The notes beneath the pieces were generated by a model. That model was not told the origin of the DNA. It did not search any database and saw only the letters and a list, made by a program, of their open reading frames with translations. A program made the position numbers and the translations under genes. Below are positions 12,681-25,608 of a DNA stretch of 64,000 bases, one piece after another. Source of the stretch: Camelus ferus (lineage: Eukaryota); the NCBI RefSeq assembly GCF_009834535.1, contig NC_045697.1, positions 19,346,001 through 19,410,000 on the forward strand, in the 5' to 3' direction. Position 1 is the stretch's first letter. Each line of letters begins with the position of its first letter.

Positions 12681-13192
12681 TAAAATCAAGTTTCGAGGGA
12701 GGAGATGGTAAGTAACCATGATGAGGTAAGGGATGGACACGGAGAGTCTGACGAGAGGGAAGGTATCACAGAAAAAGGGCTGATGTTGCCAGGAAAGGTG
12801 GAGACACCAAAAATATACTCTTTTTTTCAAACTGCCTCACATGTAACAGACATTCAAAAATTGTTCATTGAATATACAAATGAATTTTGTCAAGAACTGG
12901 TTCCTCTCCAAAAATATGCCCCACAGGACTTATCATTGAACTGTTTCTCAGTCCCATTGAAGGGATGGTGCATAGGTAATGGTGGCATTGGGAACTCAAA
13001 GATTCTCTCTCATGAGCAGTTTAAATATCACGATCAAGTATAAAGGAAAAGTGAGGTTGAGAGATGCTCAGAATGCTTTGTTGGAAAAACTGCCAATGTA
13101 AACACCAGTTTGATCTGGTCTGTTGTTGTCAATTTTGTTTGTTGTTGTAAAATATGGATTTTGAGATCTATGTGTAATGTACCCTCATCATT

Positions 13193-13530
13193 GACCATAT
13201 GATCCAGCAATCCCACTCCTGGGCATATACTTGGAGAAAACTCTAATTCAAAAAGACACATGCATCCCAGTGTTCATAACAGCTCTATTTACACTAGCCA
13301 AGACATGGAACAATCCAAATGTCCATCAACAGATGACTGGATAAAGCTGTGGTACATATATACAATGGAATACTACTCAGCCATAAAAAATAATAAAATA
13401 ATGCCATTTGCAGCAACATGGATGGACCTGGAGGTGGTCATTCTAAGTGAAAAAAGCCAGAAAAAGAAAGAAAAATGCCATTTGATATCATTTATATGTG
13501 AAATCTAAAACTAAAGGACACAAATGAACT
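13193..13530 (+). mobile_element. L1 fragment (ORF2 C-terminus and start of 3' UTR)
   Basis: ORF 13260-13508 ..KCPSTDDWIKLWYIYTMEYYSAIKNNKIMPFAATWMDLEVVILSE is the L1 ORF2 end. Confidence 0.92.
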
Positions 13531-14704
13531 ACTTATTATCTATAACTTAGATGATTGATTTCTTGAATATGTGTAAGAACATTTGACTGTCCTTTATGAT
13601 TGGATTACTACATCTGTTGTTTCTTATTTTGTGGTTGGCTTCATTCCTTTGAAAACTATGTAAGTTTAAGAAGCTAAAGCTCTAAACTGTTCTTAGAAAC
13701 AATGAACAGTACACATATGTAAATTTTAAAAGTTTTATCTCTCAATGAGTTGCTCTTTCTAGAATAAACTTTGTTTACTCCCCAAAATAAATAGATAAAA
13801 ATAAAAAATTTATGAAAGATCAAAACTATTTTTAAAATTCAGCTCTGAGAGAACTTTTTATCTGTTTTATGTGTTTTATCTTCCTAACAACAACAACAAA
13901 AAAGAAGTAAGTCGTACTAACTCCGTGTTCTTTGTCTAAGGGGTGCTGTTCACCCAATCTGGGGCGGCGGAATCAAAGGTGCTGCTTCCTCCAACATGTC
14001 CTGAAATATGCTTGCCAACATCTGTGTATGACTGTTGTTTTTGGGGTTTTACTTTATAGCCATTTCTTGTTCCCTGTCAAGGGGCTATGTCAGGTAAAAT
14101 GCTGGGTTTGAAAGTCTCATCATGGATTCCAAGCCATTTTTTAATAATTATTTTTTTCTAAGGCAGTCAGTGTTTTGTCATTCTGAGAACACATTTAAGG
14201 GTCAAATATAGGCTTTTACTTATTACAATTGCCACTGTATTATTTGGGGAAAGTTTGTGTAAGATATTTAAAGACAAACAGCAGACTGATTCCCCAAGAG
14301 GTAAAATAACATTTTGCTGTAAACCATTTTCACGGCAAACCTTGGAGTGAAATTCTTGGGGTGTTTTCTTTTTTACCCTCTAGGCCCTTGAATGCATTTA
14401 GACTATACTCATGATAGCTTGGTTTTTGTTACGTTGTGAGACAATCTCATTCAAAATAAGTTACATTCCCTTTCTTTATGGAGAACATTAAAGAAAGGAA
14501 ATCGAGTCTGGCTGAGCGCCACGATGCTGTGTTTCATCTGGGGCGGGGGCGGGGGAGTGATGAAAGAGGCTGTGTGTAAGTCCACAGGGATTCCTTGGGG
14601 GCTGCAGCCCAGGCATGGCGGGGGCGATACGCTTCCACTGGTCAGAGAAAGTTGACTCAAAGAGCTGTTTGAGTTGGAGAGGGTAAAACTCATTGTTTTT
14701 TTAA

Positions 14705-15952
14705 AAAATCTTTTTTATTATGGTAAAATGTAACATAAAATTTGCCATTTTGATCATTTTAAGTGGACAATTTCCTGACATTAATTACATTCACAATGTT
14801 ATGCAGTCATCACTACCATTCCCAAAACATTTTTATTACCTGCCCGCCCCTGCCAACAGATAGTCTATAACCATTAAGCAGTAACTCCATTTTTCCTTTT
14901 TTGTAGACCCTGGTAACCTCTAATATTCTTCCTAGCTCTATGAATTTGTCTGTTTTAGATATTACATAGAAGTAGATTCATACGCTATCTGTCCTTCTGT
15001 GACTGGCTCATTTCATTTAACACTATGTTTTCAAGGTTCATCCAGCTGTAAAATGTGTTAGAACTACATTCTGTTTAATGGCTGAATACTATTCCATTGT
15101 ATCTTTATAGCCCATTTTATTTATCTATTCACCTGCTGATGGACATTTGTATTGTTTCCACCTTTTGGTTATTGAAAGTAATGCTGCAGGGAACATTAGT
15201 GCGCAACCATGTTTGGGCCTCTCTTTTCAATTCTTTCGGGTCTCTAACTAGGAATAGAATTGCCAAATCATATAATTCTATGTTTAGCTTTTTCGGGGCA
15301 TGCCAAACTATTTCCATGGAACTTTTCACCAGCAATACGTGAGGATTCTGATTTCTCCACATGGTTCCCAACACATCTTTCTGCTTCTTTGATCATAGCC
15401 ATCATAGTAGGTGTGAAGAGATATCGCATCACGGTTTTGATTTGCATTTCTCACATGACTAATGGTGCTGAGCATGTTTTCATGTGCTTATTAGCCATTC
15501 GTATCTTCTTTGGAGAAATGTCTATTGAAGTATTTTGCCTATTTTTAACTGGGTTATTTGTCTTTTTGTTGTTGAGTTGTAGGAGTTCTTTATGTATTCT
15601 GGAGTTAAACCTTTCTGAGATATAGGATTTACAAATATTTTCTCCCACTCTGTATGTGTTCTTTTTCACCTCCTTGATAATGTCCTTTGATACACAGAAG
15701 TTTTTTTTTTATTATTATTCTTGTGAAGTTCAACTTCTCTTTTTCTTTTGTTGCTCTTACTTTTGTTTTTTATGTCTAAGAATTCATTTCTAAATCCAGG
15801 GTCAGACAAATGTACCCCTTGGTTGTCTTGTAAGAGTTTTATAGCTTTAGCTTCTATATTTAGGTCTTTGATCCATTTTGAATTAATTTTTGTGTATCAT
15901 GTGAGGTAGGGGTTCAACTTAATTCTTTTGCATGTAAAAATCTAATCGTCCC
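14705..15952 (-). mobile_element. L1M (MA/MB-type) 3' portion, ~1.25 kb
   Basis: Minus ORFs 15451-15669 (RIHKELLQLNNKKTNNPVKN..MANKHMKTCS) and 15129-15374 (KLNIELYDLAI) are ORF2. The antisense 3' UTR starts TTTTTTATTATGGTAAAATGTAACATAAAATTTGCC. Confidence 0.9.
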
Positions 15953-16809
15953 TGTTACGGATTCTTTATTTCTCTCACAATATATTTTCTTTCTTGTCCG
16001 TATCTTTAAAACTTAAAGGATTCATATTAACCAACATGGAAAAATAAGACAAAGTGAACGTATCATTACCTTATATTTTGAGAGTTAATTCCATTTCTGA
16101 TATTTACCTGTTTAGAGAGGTGCAGCATCCACAAACTGCTTTTTCTCAGTAGGACCTGAAAACTGCAACTTCACTTTCTGGGACTAATATGTGACGGACA
16201 GCTTCCTATGAGACTATAAACTTTTATGGATAGCTTGAAATAGAGGTTTTCCAAGGTCCTTTAGGGTTAGATAATCACCATTGCTTCGGATGTCAAAATA
16301 AGGTTGACCTGGCTGTTGGGAAGCCACTGATATCATGAGGTTTTTTTTAGCATCCAGAAGATAATCAATAAGTGTATAATGATTGATGGGCTTGAGGAGA
16401 GATGCCTCTGGCAGACTCTCAGTCCCATTTTGACTTTGAAGCTCAGGGCCCACAACGTGCCTGTTCACCTTTCAACAATTTTCTTTGCTCAAAGAAATTT
16501 GCAGCCTTTCTTTTCTGGTAAAACTTTTTCCTTAAAAAAGGGTTACGGTTCCTATAAGAAAGCTGCAACTTTCCCAGCTTATTTTATTTCAAGAAAATGT
16601 AACAAGCATCTATTATGGGTTAAGTGTCATGCTTGGCATTGGGAATCCCAAGAAGAATGAGAAAATACTTGCCCCAGGGTAACTTAACAATGCGGGGAGG
16701 GAGATAGATACATATGTATTTAGTCAGGTAGACTAAATTATTGAAGACTGAAGACAGTACTTTCTAGAAGTACAAGATTGTGGTATTTTGTAGGGAAGGG
16801 CTTTTGTCC

Positions 16810-16950
16810 GCAAATTCCATGGTTCAGATACCATCTCTGCAGCTTACTAAATGTGCCGGGGGAGCTGTTTGCTTAACCATTCTGAGCCTTAGTTTCCCGT
16901 TTGTGAAATGGAGGTAATCATATCTCACTTAGAGGGTTGTTACAGTGCAG
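16810..16950 (+). mobile_element. MIR SINE
   Basis: GCTTAACCATTCTGAGCCTTAGTTTCCCGTTTGTGAAATGGAGGTAATC. Confidence 0.7.
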
Positions 16951-16999
16951 CAGAGATACGGAGATACAGGAGGTAGATGTTTCTGGTTGGCACAAGGGC

Positions 17000-17210
17000 T
17001 AATGTTTATAGAGTGCCCACGCACTTCCAATCTCTCTGCATGATTATCTCAGGCAATCTATGAGGCAGATGTTATCCCCGTTTTATTGATGAAACTAAGA
17101 CATGTGGAGGCTGTTTGCTCCAACCTCCACAGCTAGTGAGCGGGGGCCTGAGAACTGAAGTCAAGTGGTCTATTCATGGAATGCATATTCTTAACCTCTA
17201 TTATATACTG
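17000..17210 (-). mobile_element. MIR SINE
   Basis: CTATGAGGCAGATGTTATCCCCGTTTTATTGATGAAACTAAG..CACAGCTAGTGAG. Confidence 0.65.
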
Positions 17211-18329
17211 CCTTTCACTGAAACAAGTAATGTCCTGTGGTCCCACACTCGAAGGAGTAATTGTTTAGAGCTGAGATATTTGTGGAGGGCTTCCTAGAGG
17301 AATTAGACCTTGAGCTTGGCCTTAAGGTATAATAGAAAAACTTTAGTTATTCTTTCTCTCTAAACTTGAGTTTAAACACATGGTGTTGTGCTAAGGCTGT
17401 GAAGAGAGAGAACAGGATTTTGATTTTTAAAAAATGCCCTGGGGTTAAAGCTTCTCTGCCAGCTTCCTCCTGATATTTATTAAACGCGATGATGCTGCAT
17501 TTCTCTAACCATCACATTTCACTATTCAATACTGTGAATGACACTGTCTCCCATAAGAGCTGTGGTGCAAAGGAGAGGATAAGGCTACGGTCCAGAGCCT
17601 GTCACTCAGCCTTAGCGCTTTCATCACCTTCAGCAGGATGTGAAAATCATAGGTTAAGAGGGGGCAGAAGTTGAATTTGCTTCTTTGGGGCTATCCCTCG
17701 CTATCCAGTAATATCAAAAAAGCCCCCCCAAACTTTGCAATCTGATAAAAATGACAGTTTACACTGCTCAAGGGGGAACTCTGCCAAGCTACAAGATCAC
17801 CTGTTTACTCGTTGATACCATGCCCAGCCCATGATTATGGGAATTTGCCAGTTTATACCCACTAAGATCGTGGGAGTGTATTCTTCTAAAATGATCGACA
17901 GCACACAATGTATTGAGATCTTTTTATTCTTGGTATGAATGTCATACAGACTGTGAGAAGATTAAAGTCTCATTTACATAACCTGAGATAAAAGGAGGTG
18001 AAATATTGTAATTATCCTTTCAAGCTAAATTTTCAGTGCTATTTAAATTAACCTATGCGGAGAGCAAGTTAACCCCAAGGAGAGCTCTGGCCCTGTGCAA
18101 TCTACCTGTGAAATCAGGAATGTTTGTAACCTGGTTAATCAATTAGCAATTTGCTGTTGAGATGCAGACTTCAAGTTGAAAATGATGACAAAGAGCCAGA
18201 GATTCTTGTGATGCTGTAGGGCATTTAACCTTTTCTTTGATAATGTCCCATTTTTATTTGGGTAAAATGGACAAGATTATTACAGCTGGCCGGGCTCTCT
18301 TGGTTTTTCAAAGTAGTGAAATGGAAAGA

Positions 18330-18490
18330 GCAATGATCTGGAGTCAGAAAAATGTGGATTTCAGCTTGAGCTCTGCCACACACTAATTCTGTGACCACAT
18401 GAAATTCACTCCACCTCTCTTAGCTCAGTTTGCTTAAATTTCAGCTGGTCTACATGGTATCTATACACTCTACAATGCTGTGATTCTTAA
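18330..18490 (+). mobile_element. MIR (MIR3-like) SINE
   Basis: TGGAGTCAGAAA..CTCTGCCAC..CTGTGACC..CTCAGTTT..TGTGATTCT. Confidence 0.5.
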
Positions 18491-18819
18491 AGAAAACTTA
18501 TGGATGCCTACCAGAGATATAGAGTTAAACTGGTATTTTAAAATTCACTATATCACATAATCCTTAAAATCTAACATTAGTTGAAAAGAAATTCTGAAGT
18601 TTCTGTTAGAAAAACCAGAATGTTCTAATTCCTGTTTTCACTTTAGCGTTAGAAGGAGTAACAGAGGACAAGGAAGCTGTAACTTGTCTGATGCTTTGAA
18701 TCCCATTAAAAATTAAATCAAATATTAAAATAAAAATTTATTATTATTTTTTATCCTGAAGGTTGCAGATAAATCCTTTGAGGCTTTACAAGAAAAGAAG
18801 TTCAAAAGATACTTGCTTT

Positions 18820-19370
18820 GATTATGTATTCCTCTGTAACAAATCACCCCAAAACTTAGTGGCTTAATATACAAACATTGATTATTTCAGTTGCTGTGGC
18901 TCAGGAACCTGGGCGAGGCTTATCTGGGTGTCTCTGGTTCAAGGTTGTGTGGCTGCAATCAGGCTGCCTGCCGGAGTCATGGTCTCATCTGAAGGTTCAA
19001 CTAGGGGAGGGTTCATGGCTGTGACCACTTACGTGGTTGTAGGATGGATGTAGCACTTTGCAGCCCTTTGGGGTGAGGGTCTTAGTTTCTTGCTGGCTGT
19101 TGATCAGAATTCTCCTTTCTCAACTCTTTGCTTTGTGCACCTCATAGGGAAGGTCAAAAACATGGCAGCTGAACTTCTCATGATGGGTGGGTGAGTGGAA
19201 AAAAATGAACATCAAGGACAGCAGCTAGTCTTTCTATAACCCAATCTCATTACTTTGGCCACATTCTATTAACTAGAAGCATTCACCCTTAAGTGGAAAA
19301 GATTCTATAAGGCCGTTAAATCAGGAGGTTGGGATCCCTGGGGTCATCTTGGAGGCTGTCTACTCCCACA
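18820..19370 (-). mobile_element. MaLR LTR (MLT1F-like)
   Basis: GTAACAAATCACCCCAAAACTTAGTGGCTTAA...ACATGGCAGCTG...CACATTCTATT...GGAGGCTGTCTACTCCCACA; homologous to 54898-55445. Confidence 0.8.
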
Positions 19371-22300
19371 GGAAGTATTCCTTCACCTTATTGACTGCAG
19401 GAAAATGGTTGTAGATGTAAAAATTCTGTCTCTTTAACTGGAGGAAAACAACAAGCTTTACAACGAGGTGCCATTTACTTAAGGAAGGTCAATTCCAGCC
19501 CACCTCAAAATATGTGAAACAGCGGTAATTGCAATGATTTTAGAGGACTGTGGGGGTATGAAAGTTAATTATCACGTAGCATCAAGGGCATTAAGGAGAA
19601 GCAAAGATGGGCCACCTCATAAACTGAGGAACGTCTTCTTGGTTGGCTACAGGTAGTTTGCAATCACGGTTTATCAATCTTTGTTCAGAAGTCACATGAA
19701 AACTGGTATCTTTCAGCTTGATTATTACTGTGGCCTTTTCTTATATGCGGCGTGGTGATGAATGGTGTTATCCTGGGCCAAACAGCTAAGTGGACACAGT
19801 TGTCTCTGTGCCCTCTTTCCCTTTCTGCTATTCTCATCATCTCTGCCAACTCCCGCTGGCAAGAAAAAGATATTGAACCAGTAACTTGGAGTCACATCAA
19901 AGTATTAACTTATCCAATAGTATTTGCATTTTAAGCTGGTTTTGTGGAATGAAAAGCTTGTTTCCTGATGAAGGGATGTCAGCAAACAGGTGGGAAAGAT
20001 TTTTTTTTTTCTCTCCAGAGGGAAAATGCCTCAATTCACATTTGGTAAGAATTACCTGCCTTTCCTAAAGGTAAAGTCATATTTCTGTTTCCAGCCAAGG
20101 GTCATGGAACCGGGTGCCGAGGGGAAGGTCGTTACATCTCTGGGGCACAGCAGATGGAAACTCTGTTTCCTAGTGTTTAGCTCTTATGCACTGTGAAGGA
20201 GAGAAGGAAGAGACAATATTAAATTGCTGGAGAAGAGCTCTATTCTTTCTTTTATTCAACTGAGTGAAGGTTCCAGAGAGACAGAAATTGTGGGAAATAG
20301 TGAATAAGCTGGGTTTGGCAATGGAGCTAGGGAGGCAGGAAATAGACATAAACTGTATTTCACACTATTCTTTGCTTTTCATCCTTGAGAAGTAGGTGTT
20401 ATTATTTCTAGTGTTTAAATGAGAAAACGTGTGCTTAGAAAAATCGGGTGATTCTCTGCATCCTTAGAATGGGGCTAATGCTAGGCTTTCCCTCCAAGGG
20501 TTGTTGTGAGGACTGACTGGGTGTTTGATAAATGCCTGTGTTGGTCTCATGACTATTATTGCTATGTGACAAGGTCACACAGTTCGGAATGAGCAGAATA
20601 AGAGTATGAACTGATATACCTTACCCAACCTTTTCTGCTTCCTCTAAAATAAGTAAGTTAATAGTGATGGAAAGTTGATTCAGGCAGGTGAGAGAGCAGG
20701 GAAGGCAGGCAAAGAATTGCACGTGGTAGAGAGAAGAGGCTGTGAGATGGTTTATGTGACAAGAGCAGCTGAAGAGTGCGGGAGTTGATGTAGACAGACA
20801 TGGATTGCTGGAGGGTTATAAAGTCACCTGTGATTTATCGGAATTTGATATGATATTGAATGCCAAGGGAGGATGTTGGGAGGGTGCATTATTTGGTCAA
20901 AGCAGAGGTAGGAAAAAAGTTTTAGAGGTGACATTCTCAGCTATTAATAAAGAAAGGAGGGCAGAGGACAAGAGGCTTCTTTTTAAAATAAGCTGAGACC
21001 CAGAATAGGAGGGACTAGCAGGCAGGTAATATCTTAGAAGGCGCTAAGTAAACATCGGGCTGCAGAATGCTGCTTCAGTTCTTGGCCACGTTTTCCCCTA
21101 GACTTAGAGTCCGTGATGGGTTCCATTGAAATAATGTGGTTAGCACCTGGGGACGGTACCTGAGCACTGTGGGAATGAGTGGTTTTGCACGGAGCCAGAA
21201 ATCTGGTGAGACTTGCCAGCACCTCTTCTAGGTTTTATATTTGCCAGTAATGAGGACCAAATGAGGTGCAACTTCCTGCAAAAGGCTGCATAGATGAGGT
21301 CTGCAGAATTAGAAAAGTAGAACTACACACAGAGGCAGGCTGATGGCCAGCCTGAAAGTATGGTGAAAACTCTGGGATTCACAGCTTCATGACTCGCACT
21401 GGGGCCAACATGGATTCATGTAAATTAGAGCCAATGGAAGGTGCTGTAATGGAGAGGATGCCTGCAGCAATGGAGGGTTCTAGTCTTGAAGGACCTTTAA
21501 AGGAAGCTGTGCGTTGGGGCTTTGTTTTGTGGAAGAGGGTGGTGAGTGCTACGTTCCTGCTCTCTTTATTTAGTGGAGGAATGCCCACTCCAGTGAGATG
21601 AGAAGGGGTGTGGTCCCCTGTTTGCATGTACTAATTGTGTTCTTTTCAAGGAGGACACAGAATCATAAGCCTCTAGGATGAACCCTTCCCCACTTCCTCT
21701 GAGGGACCCTGTTTGCTAGGCCTCTGGCCTCTGCCCAGGTGTCCTGTGAATCAACAGCCCATCAGTACCCCGCCATAACCATCACCGTTGTGCTTAGGGG
21801 AAGCATTTGTTTTGTTGCTTGCTGCCCTATTGTATCCGTTCAGATATTGGCAACTGCTTGAGTCATCTTATTTCATGTATGTTTTCTCAATTCTTGACTC
21901 TCCAGGTTAGGCTTTCTTGCCAGTTGCAGGGTTCAGTTTGTAGAAGTCTCACAATCTGAAGGTAGCAGAACCCACTGGAGGCAGCCAAAGAATGACAAAG
22001 AATTACCTTGGGCTTCCCAATCTCTTCCACATCATGACAGTATCTGCACTGCCCAGGCACACGGGGATAAATGAACTAGTCTCTCCTGAGGTTCTGGTTT
22101 CCCAGGCCCCACCCTTGAGGATCAAAAGAATTAGAATTGTGCTGGGTTTCACACTGGTTAAGAAGCTGTGAAACTAATGTAATGTTATATGTCAATTATA
22201 TCTCGATTAAAAAAAAGTTGTGGCTTATCTTATCATGGATAATATTAGGCTTATTTGAAAGACGTGGCTTTCAGTGAATGTTTACAGGTTTGGGGCTATG

Positions 22301-22461
22301 GTGGTCTCTCCCTGTTCTGATCACCACTGCCTGCTTTTTCTGAACCAATCTTATTTAGCTCATTCTTCTTCCTCTTGTTTCTTTAATTCCCAGTTTTGTC
22401 TCTCAGCCAACTCCACCTGTCTCCAACTTTTAGTCCATTTCTATCAGCAGCTTCCCTCATC

Positions 22462-22540
22462 TGGAGGCCTTGGGGATTGAACCCAGGACCTTGTGCATGC
22501 CAAGCATGTGCTGTATCACTGAGCTGTAACCTCACCCTCC
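22462..22540 (-). mobile_element. tRNA-Ala-derived SINE head or tRNA-like retrocopy without A-tail
   Basis: Minus strand GGAGGGTGAGGTTACAGCTCAGTGATACAGCACATGCTTGGCATGCACAAGGTCCTGGGTTCAATCCCCAAGGCCTCCA, with A-box and B-box; similar to the 24045 element. Confidence 0.8.
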
Positions 22541-22609
22541 TCTGTAAGCACATTTTGATCTTTTAGGGGTTTGGGGGAAGCAATATGGGTGTGGTTTGGC
22601 CCAGCTGAA

Positions 22610-22770
22610 TGAGCAAAGTATTGTGAGTCAGACTACCCCAATTTGAATTTCAGTTCTGCCACTTATTAGCTTGGTGACCTTGGGCAAATTACCTTTAAAA
22701 TGGAATAATACTATGTTTAAAGGTGATAATATAGGTAAAGTGGCAGATATAGCTCAATAGATATCAGTTA
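22610..22770 (+). mobile_element. MIR SINE
   Basis: GAGTCAGAC..TTTGAATTTCAGTTCTGCCACTTATTAGCTTGGTGACCTTGGGCAAATTAC. Confidence 0.75.
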
Positions 22771-23049
22771 CTGTTAACTGTTTGTCTTTCTGCTGCTAGT
22801 TAGCACTGTGTTGGGCTATAGTTATTAGTCAACCTCTGGTAGTGGTTCTTTACTTACATCAGGGATCTGAAGTGTATTTACATCTGTGTAATCCTAACAA
22901 CTGCAGTGACCTAGTATTATGTGCCAATCACAGCACAATAGAAGTCATACATCAGGAGAGTAACAAACATGGGCCTAATGGCACCAGCGATATCCTGAAA
23001 GGAGGGAGGAGTCAAAAAATCTCTAACAAAGCTCTGTGAGAGCTGTTAT

Positions 23050-23406
23050 AGCTGGGGCTTTGTTTGGCTGCTATAACACAACTTCATCGTCTGCGTGGCT
23101 TAAACAACAGGACTTGGTTCTTCACAGTTTTGGAGACCAAGAAGTCTAAGATCAAGGCATTGGCAGAAACGGTGCCTGGTGAGAGCCCCCTCCCTAGTCT
23201 GCAGCCAGCTATCTTCTCACGTGGTGGGGGGAGAGAGAGCATCTCTCTCATGTCTCTTCATATAGGGCACCCATCTCATTCATGAGTGCTCTACCCTCAT
23301 GACCTAATTATGTCCCAAAGGCCCCATCTCCAAATGTCATCACATCAGGGATTCAGGTGTCAATATATGAATTTTGGAGGAGGGGGCAAACTTTCAGTCC
23401 TTAGCA
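23050..23406 (-). mobile_element. MaLR LTR (MLT1A/MST-like)
   Basis: The minus strand starts TGCTAAGGACTGAAAGTTTG..AAAATTCATATATTGA; plus GGCTTAAACAACAG..CACAGTTTTGGAGACCAAGAAGTCTAAGATCAAGG. Confidence 0.85.
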
Positions 23407-23520
23407 AACTAAAATGATAGTTTCATGCTGTGAATCATGCTGGGACCTCAGGAGCACACAATCCCTGAAGAGGAAGAAGCTGAGACCAAGTGGGATTAGG
23501 GTTGGTGAAAATTTAACAGC

Positions 23521-23908
23521 ATGTAAGCAGAAAAACAGCTGACTCTTGTATATTGATTTCATATCCTGTAACTTTACTGAATTTTATTTATTGGTTCAGA
23601 TAGTTTTATGGTGAAGTCTTTAGGGTTTTCTTTTAATATAGAAAATCATGTTGCCTGCCAATAGAGACAGTTTTATTTCTTCCTTTCTGATTTGGATGCC
23701 TTTTATTTATTTTTCTTGCCTAATTGCTAGGGCTAGGACTTCTGGTAATATGTTGAATAAAAGTGGTGGGAGTGGGCATCCTTTTCTTACTGCTAATCTT
23801 TGAGGACCATTGAATATGATATTAGCTGTGGGCTTTTCATATATGGCCTTTATAATGTTAAGGTATGTTCCCTCTATATCCAATTTGTTGGGAGTTTTTA
23901 TCATGAGT
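23521..23908 (-). mobile_element. L1 ORF2 RT segment, inverted relative to the adjoining L1
   Basis: ORF 23707-23904 [54 protein letters not shown]; degenerate FADDMI motif near 23650. Confidence 0.9.
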
Positions 23909-23914
23909 GGATAT

Positions 23915-25608
23915 TGTCATATAATTCATTAATTTACAGGAAAGGAACCAAGAATATACAATGGGGAAAAGATAGTCTCTTCAATAAATGGTGCTGGGAA
24001 AATGGGACAATCACACGCAAAAGAATAAAACTGGACCACTCTCAGGGGAAAGGTATAGCTCAAATGGTAAAGCACATGTTTAGCCTGCATGAGGTTCTGG
24101 GCTCAATCCCCAGTACTTTCTCTAAAAATAAATAAACCTAATTACCTCCCCCTCAAATAAAATAGTTAAATAATATAATAATAAATTAAAAAAATTAAAA
24201 AAAGAAACAACTCTTTAAAAATAACTGGACCACTTTCTTACACCATAGACAAAAATGAACTGAAAATGGGTTAAAGACTTTAACATAAGATCTGGAAACC
24301 ATAGAACTCCTAAATGAATACAGAGGGGCTGAGCCCATTGACATCAGTCTTGGCAATGATTTTCCAAATTTGACACCAAAAGCAAAGGTGACAAAAGCAA
24401 AAATAAACAAGTGGGACTATATTAAACCAAAAAGCTTTTTCACAGTAGAGGAAGCCACCAACAAAATCTATGGAATGGGAGAATATATTTGCAAATCCCA
24501 TATCTGATAAGTGATTAATAGCCAACATATATAAAAACTCATACAACTCAATAGCAAAAAATGCCAGACAATCCAATTAAAAAACAGGCAGAGGAGCTGC
24601 ATACACATTTTCCCAAAGAAGATATACAAATGGTCAACAGGTACATGAGAAGGTGCTCAGCATTACTGATCATCAGGGAAATGCAAATGGAAAACAAAAT
24701 GTGCTATCAAGTCACACCTATTAGAATGGCTATCAGCAAAAAGATAAGGGATAACAAGTGTTGGAGAAGACGTGGAGAAAAGGGAATCCTCAAACACTGT
24801 TGATGGGAATGTAAATTGGTGCATCCACTATGGAAAACAGTATGGATATTGCTCAAAAAACTATAAATAGAACTACCATATGACCCAGCAATCCAACTTC
24901 TGGGTATATATCCAAAGGAAATAGAAAGAGGATCTTGAAGAGATATTTGCACCCAACGTTCATCACAGCATTATTCACAATAGCCAAGGTATGGAAATAA
25001 CCTAAGTATCCATCAATGGATGAGTGAATAAGGAAGATGCTTGTACACAATGAAACTTACTCAGCCATAAAAAAGAGAGAAATCCTGCCATTTATGACAA
25101 CATGGATGGACCTTGAGGGTGTTATGCTAAGTGAAATAAGCCAGACAAAGACAAATACTGCATGGTGTCACTTACATGTGGAATCTTAAAATGAAAACGT
25201 CAAACTATAGAAACAGAGTAGAAAAGGGGTTGCCAGAGGCTGGTGGGGTGGGAAAAATAGAGACAGTTGGTAAAAGGATATAAACTGTCAGAAGATGAAA
25301 AAGCTCTGGGGATTTAATATATAACATAGTGACTATAGTTGGTAACACTATATAGCTATATGTTATATGTTATTATATCTTATATGTTATTTTATTATAC
25401 ATAAGTTGTACTATATAATAAAAATTTTCTAAAAAAGTAGAACTCATTCTTACCAAAAAAAAACCCCCAAGATGAATGTGTTAATTAATTAGATGGGGGA
25501 ATCCTTTCACAATGCATATCATATATTTGTATATCATGTCATCATGATGTATACTTTAAATGTCTTACAATTTTATTTGTCAATTATACCTTAATGAAGC
25601 TGGAAAAA
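23915..25608 (+). mobile_element. L1 3' portion (ORF2 C-terminal part and 3' UTR)
   Basis: [25 protein letters not shown], and ORF 24561-24803 (HFPKEDIQMVNRYMRRCSALLIIREMQ); 3' UTR ends TGTCAATTATACCTTAATGAAGCTGGAAAAA. Confidence 0.92.
24045..24222 (+). mobile_element. tRNA-derived SINE (camelid-type) inserted in L1, with 12-bp TSD
   Basis: GGGGAAAGGTATAGCTCAAATGG..GGGCTCAATCCCCAGTAC head and A-rich tail; TSD AACTGGACCACT at 24029-24040 and 24223-24234. Confidence 0.9.

Noticed and set aside
14540..14640. GC boxes (GGGGCGGGGGCGGGGG) as a promoter
   Set aside because: No CpG island and no downstream exon evidence; the motifs alone are insufficient.
24045..24120. Functional tRNA-Ala gene
   Set aside because: Degenerate stems and B-box, an A-rich tail and a TSD show it is a SINE.
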